NCBI GenBank assembly: GCA_965530755.1
Contig: CBESNA010000019.1
Coordinates: 2,102 to 66,101, forward strand
DNA from: an uncultured Acidimicrobiia bacterium
Lineage (GTDB): Bacteria > Actinomycetota > Acidimicrobiia > Acidimicrobiales > SZUA-35
Length of the DNA stretch: 64,000 nucleotides
Direction of reading: 5' to 3'
The notes under the pieces were generated by a model. That model did no database searches and was not told where the DNA came from. It saw only the letters and a program-made list of their open reading frames with translations. Positions 47,794-57,292 of the stretch are shown here, one piece after another. The first letter of the stretch is position 1. Each line of letters begins with the position of its first letter. The position numbers and the translations under genes are program-made.

Positions 47794-48951
47794 CTATCGG
47801 CGCCGAGGTGAGGAAATGGACGCGGCAAGGTGATCTGGGACGTTGAATCGAGGCCGCTCGCCGGCCCGATAGTGCACGACGAAGCCCTCGAGGATCCTGA
47901 TGGAGATCCAACGGGCGATACCACGCGCCATGCGGCTGTCTTTCAAATACTTGGACGCCAATCGAGTTTCCACGGCGAAGAGCTTGACGAGCAGCCGCGA
48001 GGATCGAGCATCTCCGACCCCGAGCATGTTCGCCGTTTCGTCACCGATGAACAATCGGGTCATGGCCGATGACACTCCGTGCAGCCGAGAGATGGGAATG
48101 AACGAGTTCACCAACTCGATGAGGCTCGCGGTGAGATGAGTCCCCGCGTCGGACGGCTTCTCATTTCGAGATCGGATGAGTACTTCGAGTTCGTCCATCT
48201 CGGCCCGGTCGAGCGGCAAGAGGTCGGGATCGATGCCGAGGAGACTGCCAACGACGTTCCACAAATGGCAGTAGTCCTCCGCCCCCTGCTCGTCGTATTC
48301 GATGCCGAGTTGGTCGAGAACATGGATCAGCGAGGAACTGAACGACAACATGGCGCCGAGCATGTGCTCCTGATTGATCGGTGCACCCCAGGCGTCGTCC
48401 CACCGGGGCCAGACGTCTGGGTCGCTGGTTTTCGGGACCTTCCCGTGGGGGCTCACGACCATGTGGCGAACGCCGGCGTGCATCAGTCGTACTCGGCGAG
48501 CTGTTTCGTAACCGGCCGCACCGGGCTCGAGACCGGCGGGAGCCGTGACATCAAGAAGGAACTGCGCTGATTCGAGCACCCGTCGCTTGGCGTCGGTCTC
48601 GAGCCGGGCGGTCAAGGCCAGAACCTGTGCTCCATCGTGCGATGCGTAGGCCAGAGGAAGCGAGGAGAGGAACAGACCGAGGCCGAGTTCGACGCCCCAC
48701 TCGGCAAAGAACTGAACACCTCTGTCCAAACGATCGCTATCGGCGAAGTCTGGAAGCTCCGGCCGTCGTGCGAGCCAAGCAGCAACGTGCGGATCCGACG
48801 CGTCGCCAGTGACATGGCTCACGGCCAGAATGGACTTGAACAGTTCGTGCGGATCTCGATCGAGGTATTCATCGGCGAGGGCGTCAGCCTCGGGGTCCGA
48901 GCGTTGTCGAAGTTTGTCCAGTAGCGCTGCATCGATCGTCTGCACGTTCAT
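47794..48951 (-). CDS. MpaB/DUF2236 family oxygenase
   Basis: 385 aa with a DUF2236-like pattern (..GLFLSSLPLAYAS..GAQVL..T..L......RRV.E..QF..DV). The SD is GGGAGGA. Confidence 0.6.
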   Translation of the reverse strand: MNVQTIDAALLDKLRQRSDPEADALADEYLDRDPHELFKSILAVSHVTGDASDPHVAAWLARRPELPDFADSDRLDRGVQFFAEWGVELGLGLFLSSLPLAYASHDGAQVLALTARLETDAKRRVLESAQFLLDVTAPAGLEPGAAGYETARRVRLMHAGVRHMVVSPHGKVPKTSDPDVWPRWDDAWGAPINQEHMLGAMLSFSSSLIHVLDQLGIEYDEQGAEDYCHLWNVVGSLLGIDPDLLPLDRAEMDELEVLIRSRNEKPSDAGTHLTASLIELVNSFIPISRLHGVSSAMTRLFIGDETANMLGVGDARSSRLLVKLFAVETRLASKYLKDSRMARGIARWISIRILEGFVVHYRAGERPRFNVPDHLAASISSPRRR

Positions 48952-49072
48952 CCTCCCGGCGCCCTCCTACCGACAGATTGATATCAGCTACGGTGGCGCG
49001 ACTCCAGCGAGTGGGGTCGGCACGATCACGAGGGAGGGGGAACGAAGGTTGACCGTTGACGCGTGGAGCGAC

Positions 49073-52000
49073 ATGGCAACCGTGCTCCCAACCGGCGTTC
49101 TGACGTTCCTGTTCACCGATGTCGTCGATTCGACGGCCATGTGGGAGAAGGCGCCCGATCTCATGGAGGCCGCCCTCGCGCGCCATGACGCGATCATCGA
49201 GAAGGCCGTGCTCGACCATGGCGGTCTCTTGCTCAAGCACAAGGGAGAAGGGGACAGCACGTTTTGCGTGTTCGTCTCGGCTGCGGATGCTGTGGCGGGG
49301 GCGGTCTCTGCCCGACGAGCCCTGACGCAGGAACCGTGGCACGAGCGTGCCCGCATCACAGTCCGGATGGGCCTGCACAGCGGAGAATCCATTCTGCGAG
49401 GGCGAGATTATTTCGGACGCACCATCAACCGGGCTGCCCGGGTTCGCGCTGTTGCCGTCGGAGATCAGATCGTTCTGAGCGGGGCGGCAGCGCTTCTCGC
49501 CGGATCGGGCCTTCCAGAAAGCGTGGACGTACGGTTTCTCCGCCGGGCTGTCCTGAAGGGTATTGACGGGGCCGAGGAGATCTACGAACTGGTGGATGCG
49601 CAGGTCCAGACTCCTGCCGACGACGAGGTGACCAGTCAGGTACCGCTTCCGAGTGTCTTGAGTACCGCAGTTCCCGCAGTGTTCGTCGGCAGGAGCGATC
49701 ACCTCGAGCGCATCGAACAGGCCCGCCGCCGCGCCGATGGGGGAGCCCAGCTCGTCTTGCTCGGCGGTGAACCAGGGGCCGGCAAGTCGACGCTGGCGGC
49801 AATCGCCGCGCGCTCCGCTCACGACGCCGGGTACACCGTGCTGTTCGGATCGTGCTCCGAGCGGACGGAAACCTTGTTCGAACCGTTCCGGCACATGCTC
49901 GAGCACTACGTGCGAGCAGCACCTCGTGATCTGCTGGCAGATCACGTCTCAGCCCACGGTGGCGAGGTCGGGCGTCTCACCTCGGCGTTGCGGACCCGGA
50001 TGGGTGACATCTCGCCGGTCGAACAGCTCGACCCCGAGACCACGCGCTCGCTGCTGGAGGACGCGATCATCGACCTTCTCGAACGTGTTGCCTCCTGCGG
50101 GCCGCTCATGTTGGTGTTCGACGATCTGCAATGGGCTGACGCAACGAGCTTGGCGCTGCTCAGCCGACTGAATGGGACGGGCGCGAGCATGACCGTGGTC
50201 TGCACCTATCGATCTGCCGAGGCACCTCATCTCGCCGCACTGCGATCGGGCCGATCACTGAACGGGACCACCGACGATCTTCACGTGACGGGTCTGTCGA
50301 ATGGCGAGGTGCTCGAACTGCTCGAAACGTACGCCGGGCGAGGTCTCGGGCAGACAGGCATCGAGGTCGCTGCCTATTTGTCTGAACAGACGGGCGGCAA
50401 CCCGTTCTTTCTCGCGCAGCTCCTCCGCCATTTCGTCGAGACCGGCCTGCTCACATCCGATAGCGAGGCTGGTTGGGTGATCGGCAAGGACCTCCAGGAC
50501 GTCTCGACCCCTGGCACGGTGACTGCCGTGGTCGGCCAGCGACTCGAGCGGCTCGGCACGGAGGCGGCAAGAATTCTGGAAGTTGCTTCAGTGGTGGGTC
50601 AGCGTTTCGACTCGCGGTTGGTGGCGCACGTCCTGACGGCAGACGAACTCGATGTGGTCGATGCCATCGAAGCAGCGATCACCGCGTCCCTCGTCCGCGA
50701 GATCGACGTCGACACCTTCGAGTTCTCGCACGCCCTCGTTCGTGATTCGCTGTACGACGGACTCGGCCATACGCGTCGAGCCCTCCGGCACGAGCAATGC
50801 GGGCGGGCCATGGAGGAACTCTACGGAAAGGCAGTATCGGCTTCGGGTGTGGCATCGCACTGCCTGCGATCGAACTCCCGCGACAACGATCGCCTCGTTC
50901 GATGGGCTCGCCTGGCGGGTCGGAATGCCCTCGATGATCTGTCTCCTGAGGATGCACTCCAGTGGTTCGGTCATGCGCTCGAAGCTCTCGATTCAGATCG
51001 ATCCGCGGAGCGCCTCGAGCTCCTGATCGACATCGCGCCCGCCCAGCGTTGGGTCGACAGTGATGTGTTCCGAACCACGATGCTCGAGGCCGGAGAGCTC
51101 GCCGAACAGCTTGCTGACGAGGCGGCCTTCGTTCGAGTCGTGCTGGCAAACAACCGAGGCGGTGCGAGTCGATCGGGAGCTGTCGACGAGGCTCGTGTTG
51201 CGTCGATTGAAAGAGCGTTGGAGATCGTCGGGTCAGAGGTCTCGCCTGACCGCGCCCGGTTGTTGGGCACGCTGGCCATCGAACTCTCCCAGCGTGACGA
51301 CCCTGACTTGGTCAACGCGATTGCTCTGGAGGCCGTCGAGTGCGCTGAGCAAGCAGATGATGAGGTCGCACTCTTGACGGTCCTGCTCCACACCACCGAG
51401 GCGACCCGCATTCCGGCCACCTTTGACCAGCGAATGGCAGACGGTGAGCGGGTGCTCGACCTGGCGGTCCGCGTCGGTGACCCGCGGCTCCGGGGACTTG
51501 CTGCGGTTCGCGACGTTCGGTTGAAGATCGAGGCGGCAGCCTTCGATGAGGTCGGCCCTTCCATGGCGGTCATCGAAGAGTTCGGCCACCTCGACCCGTA
51601 CGTCGGGCAGAATCTGCTCAGCCTGCGAGCAGTGCTGGCCCACGTCAATGGTGACACCGAAGCCGCTCTCGGACATGCCGCCGCGGCGCGCGAGGCGATG
51701 CGGGGCGAAGTCGATGGGGAGGCGGTCTACATGGCGACCACCTCATTCGTCCTCTGGGACAGAGGCCAACTTGGATCGCTTCTCCCGACGATTGAAGCGA
51801 CCGTCCGCCGCTACCCGGCGGTCACCGGATTCCAGGCGGTGCTGGCCGCTGCGTATTGTGACGTGGACGACTTCGATTCGGCATCACAGATCCTTTCCCA
51901 GTCGACATCGAATGGCTTTGCCGACCATTCGATGAACCCGCTCTGGATGTTGACCATGTCGATGTTCGCCAGCGTGTGTATCGACGTCGGCGACGTGCAA

Positions 52001-52369
52001 GCGGCCACGATGATCTACGACCTGCTCGATCCATTTCGAGGGCGGGCCAACAGCGCGGTTGTGGCCTTCAACGGCCTCGTCAGTGAGAGTTTGGCCGGCC
52101 TCGCTCTCGTCGCCGGGAACCTCCCCCAGGCCGAGCGTGATGCAGTGGAGGCTTTGGCGCAGGCCGAGAAAGTCGGCGCCCCCATCTCCGCTGTGCGAAC
52201 TCGCCTCATCCAGTGCCGGGTTCTGGTCGATCGAGGTGGAGCGGAAGACCTCGACCGGGCGATCGTTCTCGCCCACCGGGTCGCCGAAGACGCGAGCGAG
52301 TTCAGCCTTGCGACGGTGCACCGAAGAGCGGAGGAGCTGATGACCTCGCTGCGAACGGCGGCCTCATGA
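49073..52369 (+). CDS. Class III adenylate/guanylate cyclase domain fused to a STAND-type P-loop ATPase and a helical-repeat region
   Basis: The cyclase domain (LTFLFTDVVDSTAMW..KGEGDSTFCVF..RMGLHSGE) is followed by Walker A GGEPGAGKST, Walker B LMLVFDDLQWAD, and a long helical C-terminus. No HTH is seen. An alternative TTG start lies at 49049. Confidence 0.85.
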   Translation: MATVLPTGVLTFLFTDVVDSTAMWEKAPDLMEAALARHDAIIEKAVLDHGGLLLKHKGEGDSTFCVFVSAADAVAGAVSARRALTQEPWHERARITVRMGLHSGESILRGRDYFGRTINRAARVRAVAVGDQIVLSGAAALLAGSGLPESVDVRFLRRAVLKGIDGAEEIYELVDAQVQTPADDEVTSQVPLPSVLSTAVPAVFVGRSDHLERIEQARRRADGGAQLVLLGGEPGAGKSTLAAIAARSAHDAGYTVLFGSCSERTETLFEPFRHMLEHYVRAAPRDLLADHVSAHGGEVGRLTSALRTRMGDISPVEQLDPETTRSLLEDAIIDLLERVASCGPLMLVFDDLQWADATSLALLSRLNGTGASMTVVCTYRSAEAPHLAALRSGRSLNGTTDDLHVTGLSNGEVLELLETYAGRGLGQTGIEVAAYLSEQTGGNPFFLAQLLRHFVETGLLTSDSEAGWVIGKDLQDVSTPGTVTAVVGQRLERLGTEAARILEVASVVGQRFDSRLVAHVLTADELDVVDAIEAAITASLVREIDVDTFEFSHALVRDSLYDGLGHTRRALRHEQCGRAMEELYGKAVSASGVASHCLRSNSRDNDRLVRWARLAGRNALDDLSPEDALQWFGHALEALDSDRSAERLELLIDIAPAQRWVDSDVFRTTMLEAGELAEQLADEAAFVRVVLANNRGGASRSGAVDEARVASIERALEIVGSEVSPDRARLLGTLAIELSQRDDPDLVNAIALEAVECAEQADDEVALLTVLLHTTEATRIPATFDQRMADGERVLDLAVRVGDPRLRGLAAVRDVRLKIEAAAFDEVGPSMAVIEEFGHLDPYVGQNLLSLRAVLAHVNGDTEAALGHAAAAREAMRGEVDGEAVYMATTSFVLWDRGQLGSLLPTIEATVRRYPAVTGFQAVLAAAYCDVDDFDSASQILSQSTSNGFADHSMNPLWMLTMSMFASVCIDVGDVQAATMIYDLLDPFRGRANSAVVAFNGLVSESLAGLALVAGNLPQAERDAVEALAQAEKVGAPISAVRTRLIQCRVLVDRGGAEDLDRAIVLAHRVAEDASEFSLATVHRRAEELMTSLRTAAS

Positions 52370-52920
52370 GCGACCAAGACCATCAGGCCACCGCTGTGTC
52401 GATCGTCGTCTCCATCAGGCGACTCGGGATGTCGTGGTATCGGTTGCTCTTCCTTGCGGCACGAAACGTCGGATGGGTCACCGCTCCGATGCGTCAGCAG
52501 CAGTTCATCCATTTCTGTCATTGGATGTTGTTGACCCATCTGCCAGACGAGACCGGCCGGCTGAAGCGCCTACGTCACCCGGTCCTGTGGTTCGAGAGCA
52601 ACTACGACGGTGACGTCGTGCGATACATGGACACCTTCGCTCGAATCATTCCGTGGCGAATGCGAGCTGCGTGGACGCCGACCCAACGGTTCCCCGACAT
52701 GTTTCCATCGGCGCCCTTTCATCAGTGGACTGTCGACAATGCGTATGAGACCGCTCACTACTGGTCCGCGTACCCGGATGCCACCACGAGAGATGTTGGC
52801 CGCGCTCTGAGAATGACGGCGGCTTCGCGGGGACTTCCGGCAGATCTGGATTCGATTGCCCCAGCTGAGTTCGAGCGGCTGTGGCGGAGGTTCCTCGCCG
52901 AGAACCAGGGCGACCTCTGA
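52366..52920 (+). CDS. Hypothetical protein (184 aa)
   Basis: The ATG overlaps the cyclase stop (ATGA). I recognise no domain. It contains QFIHFCHWMLL. Confidence 0.5.
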   Translation: MSDQDHQATAVSIVVSIRRLGMSWYRLLFLAARNVGWVTAPMRQQQFIHFCHWMLLTHLPDETGRLKRLRHPVLWFESNYDGDVVRYMDTFARIIPWRMRAAWTPTQRFPDMFPSAPFHQWTVDNAYETAHYWSAYPDATTRDVGRALRMTAASRGLPADLDSIAPAEFERLWRRFLAENQGDL

Positions 52921-53426
52921 TGCCGGTGACGCACTTGACCGTGATCACAGCGGTGAAGCCGGGGCGACACGACGAGCTTCGGACTTTACTCGGGTCGATT
53001 CCCACAGGTGCCGCCAGCCCGTTTGCCAGAATTCCCGGCACCCACAATGGGCGGTGGGCGCTGATCGATACGTCAGCGTCACTGACGGCTCCGCTGCGAG
53101 CCGGTGGCCTTGTGGCTCCCATGCTGGTGTGTTCGGCTGCGATCGACTCCACACCAGCGCAATGGCTGTCTGCGCTCCTCGCCGAGGTCGGAGGCCTCGC
53201 CGACGAGATCTGGGGGCATTGTCCCGGTTGGCCGACAACTGACCACGTCGGTCACCTGCTTGCTCATCAGGTCAAGCCACATCTCGGCTTCGCAACGTGG
53301 GACGAGCCCGCAGCGGAGATTCGTCGTGCGCTCGACTGTCGGGGGAAACTGGTCGACTTCGCGGTACGGACGCAAGGTTTGCCCGCGGCCGAACTACTCG
53401 ATGCGTATCGACGGGAGTTCTCGTGA
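52920..53426 (+). CDS. Hypothetical protein (168 aa)
   Basis: The ATG overlaps the upstream TGA by 1 nt. I recognise no domain. It contains GTHNGRWALI. Confidence 0.5.
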   Translation: MPVTHLTVITAVKPGRHDELRTLLGSIPTGAASPFARIPGTHNGRWALIDTSASLTAPLRAGGLVAPMLVCSAAIDSTPAQWLSALLAEVGGLADEIWGHCPGWPTTDHVGHLLAHQVKPHLGFATWDEPAAEIRRALDCRGKLVDFAVRTQGLPAAELLDAYRREFS

Positions 53427-55498
53427 GGAGTGAGGGTCCGAACCCGCGGAACATCCAAGGCGACGTTCTCAAGGCATACGGACTGCGCTTCTCGGCCCAT
53501 GTGTTCGTCAACATCTCTCACAGCAACGGGGGACGGGCGGTCCTGGCTGCAACCCTCACGCAGGTGACGAGTGCTGCAGACTGGTCCAATCGGCCGTCGA
53601 TCACCCTCAACGTCGGCCTGACCGCCACCGGTCTGCAGGCGCTCGGCGCTCCCAACGAGCTGATCGAGTCCTTTCCCGTTGCGTTCAGCGAGGGCATGTC
53701 GGCCCGCGCTCCGTTGCTGGGGGACACGGAGCAATCAGCCCCGTCCACATGGGATGAAGGGCTCGGCACGGGAGCGGCCCACATCCTCTTCACCATCAAC
53801 GCCGCCTCGTCCGGCGAGCTGAACAATGCAGTCGAGCAGCTCGTGGATGTCTGCGCGCTCAACCACGTGGCCGTCGTCAGCGATCAGCGCGGTGCTCGGC
53901 TTCCCGACAGGAAAGAGCATTTCGGCTACACCGATGGCATCGGTCAGCCAGCAGTTGATGGCACAGCCGGGCCGGTCAAGGGCGAGGGTGATCTCACGCT
54001 CCTGCACCAGTGGCGAGGGCTTCCAGTCGGGGAGTTCTTCCATGGGCACACCGACGGTGACGGCCATCAGTCGCCGGGACCGGCACCGCCGTTCGAGCGT
54101 GACGGAACGTTCAAGGTCTGGCGGAAGCTCCACGAGAACGTTCCTGTCTTCCGCCAATGGGTGGCATCGGAGTCAACGCGGCTCGGGTTCGATGATGCGC
54201 ATCTCCGGGCCAAGTTGATCGGCCGATGGCCGGACGGAACTCCCTTGACCCTGAGCCCGGACCGGCCGGATCCGGCGATCGCAGCTGACCCTGGCCGGTT
54301 CAACGCTTTCGACTACACGAACGACCCCCTCGGAGACCGGTGCCCCTTGGGTGCACACATTCGTCGTGTCAATCCTCGTGCCGGACTTGGGTTCGGCGAT
54401 GCGCTGTCCGAGCGACAGAGGATCATCAGACGAGGGATGACGTACGGCCCGGCACTCGCCGAGGGGGCGCCGGCCGATGGTGCGGACCGCGGCATCTTCT
54501 TCGTTGCGTACATGGCCGACATCGAGCGTCAGTACGAATTCATCCAGCGAAACTGGTGCAACAGCGGCGACGTCGTTGGCGTCGGCCGTGACCGTGACCC
54601 CTTCGTCGGTCGGGCTCCAGGCGACCACAAGTTCGTTGTCCCTGGGCCCGTACCGGCAATCGTGCACCCGCTGCCCGAGCTCGTGACGACGAAGGGCGGG
54701 GAGTACCTGTGGGTTCCGTCCTTGCCTTCGCTGGAACGCCTGGCCAACGGACACTACAAGTCCGATCCTGTGATGCCTGCGCTCCCATTGCACGAACGGT
54801 TGGTCGGAGGCGCAGTTGGCCTGATGCTTGCCCCGGCCACTGCGGCTGGGTCCTTGGTTCGCGGCAAACGGATCGTTCATCCCGTCGGCGTCGGGTACGA
54901 AGCAGAACTCGAGATCTTTGATCCACCGCTGCGGTCCCTCGCGGGGACGCAATTGGCAACGCCAGGCCGACTCCCGGCTCGTGTCCGCCTGTCCCGAGCG
55001 TTCGCGTTTCCCGGCCAGCGTCGGGATGTTCGCGGTTTCGCATTGCGGCTGATCGTTGATGGGACCGAAGGCGTCCAAGATCTGCTGTTGGCCACCGTTG
55101 CCCCTGGCCGACTCGGAAACGCAGTGTCGGTCCTGCTCGAGAGCTACGACGGCACATACTCGACCATGGTTCGGCTTCGTGCACCGGCCGGGCCATTGCT
55201 TTTTCACATTCGACCACGACAGGCCTTGCCATCCGATCCGAACATCGAAGCAGGATCAGGCGTCGGGCTCCGATTCGACGTCTCTGCCGGCTCATCGTCA
55301 GATGAGCTCCGGATTCTTGGTGTCCTCACGCTTCTCGCTCCGCTGGCAAATGCGGAAACCGAAGCGCTCTCGTTCTCCCTCGCCAACGACGGCGCTGGGC
55401 TTCGAGCCCACGGAATCCTCAACGTGGCGCGAAAGATCGCCTATCGCTCCAGCCGTCGAGGTCGATCGCTGAGGCAGAGTTCCGCACGCTCGCATTGA
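53423..55498 (+). CDS. DyP-type peroxidase with a ~235-aa C-terminal catalase-like extension
   Basis: The GTG start overlaps the upstream stop (GTGA). The N-terminus NIQGDVLKAYG and the GxxDG motif FGYTDGIGQP are DyP hallmarks. The C-terminal region carries catalase-like strings (RIVHPVGVG, RVRLS, RDVRGFALRL). Confidence 0.8.
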   Translation: MRSEGPNPRNIQGDVLKAYGLRFSAHVFVNISHSNGGRAVLAATLTQVTSAADWSNRPSITLNVGLTATGLQALGAPNELIESFPVAFSEGMSARAPLLGDTEQSAPSTWDEGLGTGAAHILFTINAASSGELNNAVEQLVDVCALNHVAVVSDQRGARLPDRKEHFGYTDGIGQPAVDGTAGPVKGEGDLTLLHQWRGLPVGEFFHGHTDGDGHQSPGPAPPFERDGTFKVWRKLHENVPVFRQWVASESTRLGFDDAHLRAKLIGRWPDGTPLTLSPDRPDPAIAADPGRFNAFDYTNDPLGDRCPLGAHIRRVNPRAGLGFGDALSERQRIIRRGMTYGPALAEGAPADGADRGIFFVAYMADIERQYEFIQRNWCNSGDVVGVGRDRDPFVGRAPGDHKFVVPGPVPAIVHPLPELVTTKGGEYLWVPSLPSLERLANGHYKSDPVMPALPLHERLVGGAVGLMLAPATAAGSLVRGKRIVHPVGVGYEAELEIFDPPLRSLAGTQLATPGRLPARVRLSRAFAFPGQRRDVRGFALRLIVDGTEGVQDLLLATVAPGRLGNAVSVLLESYDGTYSTMVRLRAPAGPLLFHIRPRQALPSDPNIEAGSGVGLRFDVSAGSSSDELRILGVLTLLAPLANAETEALSFSLANDGAGLRAHGILNVARKIAYRSSRRGRSLRQSSARSH

Positions 55499-55656
55499 CG
55501 ACCGGGGAGGTTGTCGAGCCGTTACCCGGTGAATGACGTGTCCGTGTCTGGATGGGGCCACCCAATCGGGGTCACAGTGGGTGCATGAGTCGATGTCCGG
55601 GAGGCCAGCCGCGACGACGTGCGGTATTTGCGGTAGGTGGAGAGCGGCGCTGACTC

Positions 55657-56124
55657 GTGCACAACACGATCCTGGCCACGGTTGTGGTAGCCGACGACGA
55701 CGCGAATGTGCGTGACGCGCTCGCCGGTCTGCTCGATGATCATCCGTGTCTTCAAGTCGTGGGGCTTGCCGGCACGGGTCGCATGGCAGCCGAGCTGTGC
55801 GGGCTTCATCAGCCCTCGCTTGCCGTCGTCGACGTGATGATGCCCGATGGGGGCGAGTTCGCGATTCGCGCCATCCTCGAGGTTTCTCCGTTCACGATCG
55901 TGTCGATGTTCACGGCACGATCTGATCGTCTGACCCGTGACCGAATGCTTGCGGCGGGTGCGGCCGCCTCGTTCACCAAGGGCGGTGCTTCGGATCTTGC
56001 AAACGAACTGGCCGGGCTGTGGGCGTCCTGGCGAGGTCCCGGCTCGGATGCCGCTGACTGTGGTGAGGCCCCGGCTGACCGAAAGAGACCGCGATCGCCA
56101 GTCGGTTGGGGGTCAGTGGACTAG
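55657..56124 (+). CDS. Stand-alone response-regulator receiver (REC) protein
   Basis: VVVADDD ... AVVDVMMPDG is the phospho-acceptor Asp pattern. There is no output domain. The start is GTG. Confidence 0.75.
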   Translation: MHNTILATVVVADDDANVRDALAGLLDDHPCLQVVGLAGTGRMAAELCGLHQPSLAVVDVMMPDGGEFAIRAILEVSPFTIVSMFTARSDRLTRDRMLAAGAAASFTKGGASDLANELAGLWASWRGPGSDAADCGEAPADRKRPRSPVGWGSVD

Positions 56125-56182
56125 TCGGTCTCGTCACGGGGCAGGAACGGGCCGCTGGGTTGGCCGCCGCTAATGTGGGCCC

Positions 56183-57232
56183 ATGGTCGTGCGCGCAAAC
56201 GCTGAGGAATCAGCATTCGAAGGGGCCACCGCTTCCTTCATGCGCTCCATGCTCGGTATCGATGGCCGCTGGCTCGCCAACCTGGCCGGCGATGGGCGTC
56301 CGAGCGAGACGCTTCGGTATCTGTGCGACTCGGCCCGTGACTTGCTCGGGGCCGACGACGTCGCGGTCCGCTTGTACGAGGGAGCGATCGGCCTCTCGGG
56401 CCTCGTCGAATCCGGGCCGGGAGTGCTGGGCAGGGAAGTGGTGGTGCCGCAGCTCATCGCTGATGTCGGCAACCCTGCAGACGGACCCCTCGGGCAGCTG
56501 GAGTTCTGGTGGGCCGACTCGGAGCGGCAACCGACTCCGCTCGATGAGCTGGTCGCGACCCGTTTCGCGACGATGGCGCTCCTCGTGCTGGAGCGGCACA
56601 TGGGCAAGCGCCGCCAACTCCAAGCCATTGCCCAGGAGCGCGAATCAACCGCGGGAGAGATCCACGACGACCCCATACAGGTCATGACGGCCGTGTCACT
56701 TCAACTCCAGCGAACCGCCTCGCGCCTTGCAGACGGCGAGGATCGTGCCGCGATCCAGCAGGCGAGGGCCCTCAACGACGACGCCATCGACCGCCTCCGT
56801 CACGTCATCTTCTCCTTGCACCCCGCCACCCTGGCCGAAGATGGACTCACCGCCTCGATCGAGGCATATTGCGAGAGCTACGTCGAGCCCGAGGGACTTG
56901 CCTGGAAGGTCACAGGTTTTTCCGATGATGAGGTTCCCCTCGAACTCGGTGCGCTCGCGTTCCGGCTCTGTCGGAACGCCCTGGTGAACGTGGTCGAACA
57001 TGCCCAGGCGAGTGCGGTGGTGATCGATGTGTCCTCCATCGACGGACTGTTGCAGGTCGAGGTGCGCGATGACGGCATCGGGTTCGACCTCGCGCAAGTC
57101 CGTCACACCAGGGTTGGGCACGTCGGTATCCCTCATGCGGTGACACTGGCCCGCTGGGCCGCCGGCACCTACACGACGGTGAGCACCCCTGGGCAGGGCA
57201 CAACCGTCACCGTGAAGCTTCCGATCCTCTGA
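56183..57232 (+). CDS. Soluble sensor histidine kinase (GAF-like N-terminus, HisKA_3, HATPase_c)
   Basis: The H-box AGEIHDDPIQ is of the NarX/DesK HisKA_3 type. ATPase blocks are present (NALVNVVEHA, DDGIGF, GQGTTV). No TM segments are seen. Confidence 0.85.
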   Translation: MVVRANAEESAFEGATASFMRSMLGIDGRWLANLAGDGRPSETLRYLCDSARDLLGADDVAVRLYEGAIGLSGLVESGPGVLGREVVVPQLIADVGNPADGPLGQLEFWWADSERQPTPLDELVATRFATMALLVLERHMGKRRQLQAIAQERESTAGEIHDDPIQVMTAVSLQLQRTASRLADGEDRAAIQQARALNDDAIDRLRHVIFSLHPATLAEDGLTASIEAYCESYVEPEGLAWKVTGFSDDEVPLELGALAFRLCRNALVNVVEHAQASAVVIDVSSIDGLLQVEVRDDGIGFDLAQVRHTRVGHVGIPHAVTLARWAAGTYTTVSTPGQGTTVTVKLPIL

Positions 57233-57292
57233 CCGGTGTCTGGCTGCGTCGGCGCTGTCTGGTCGCTCGGTCGAAGGCGTCGTGCGACCCGC

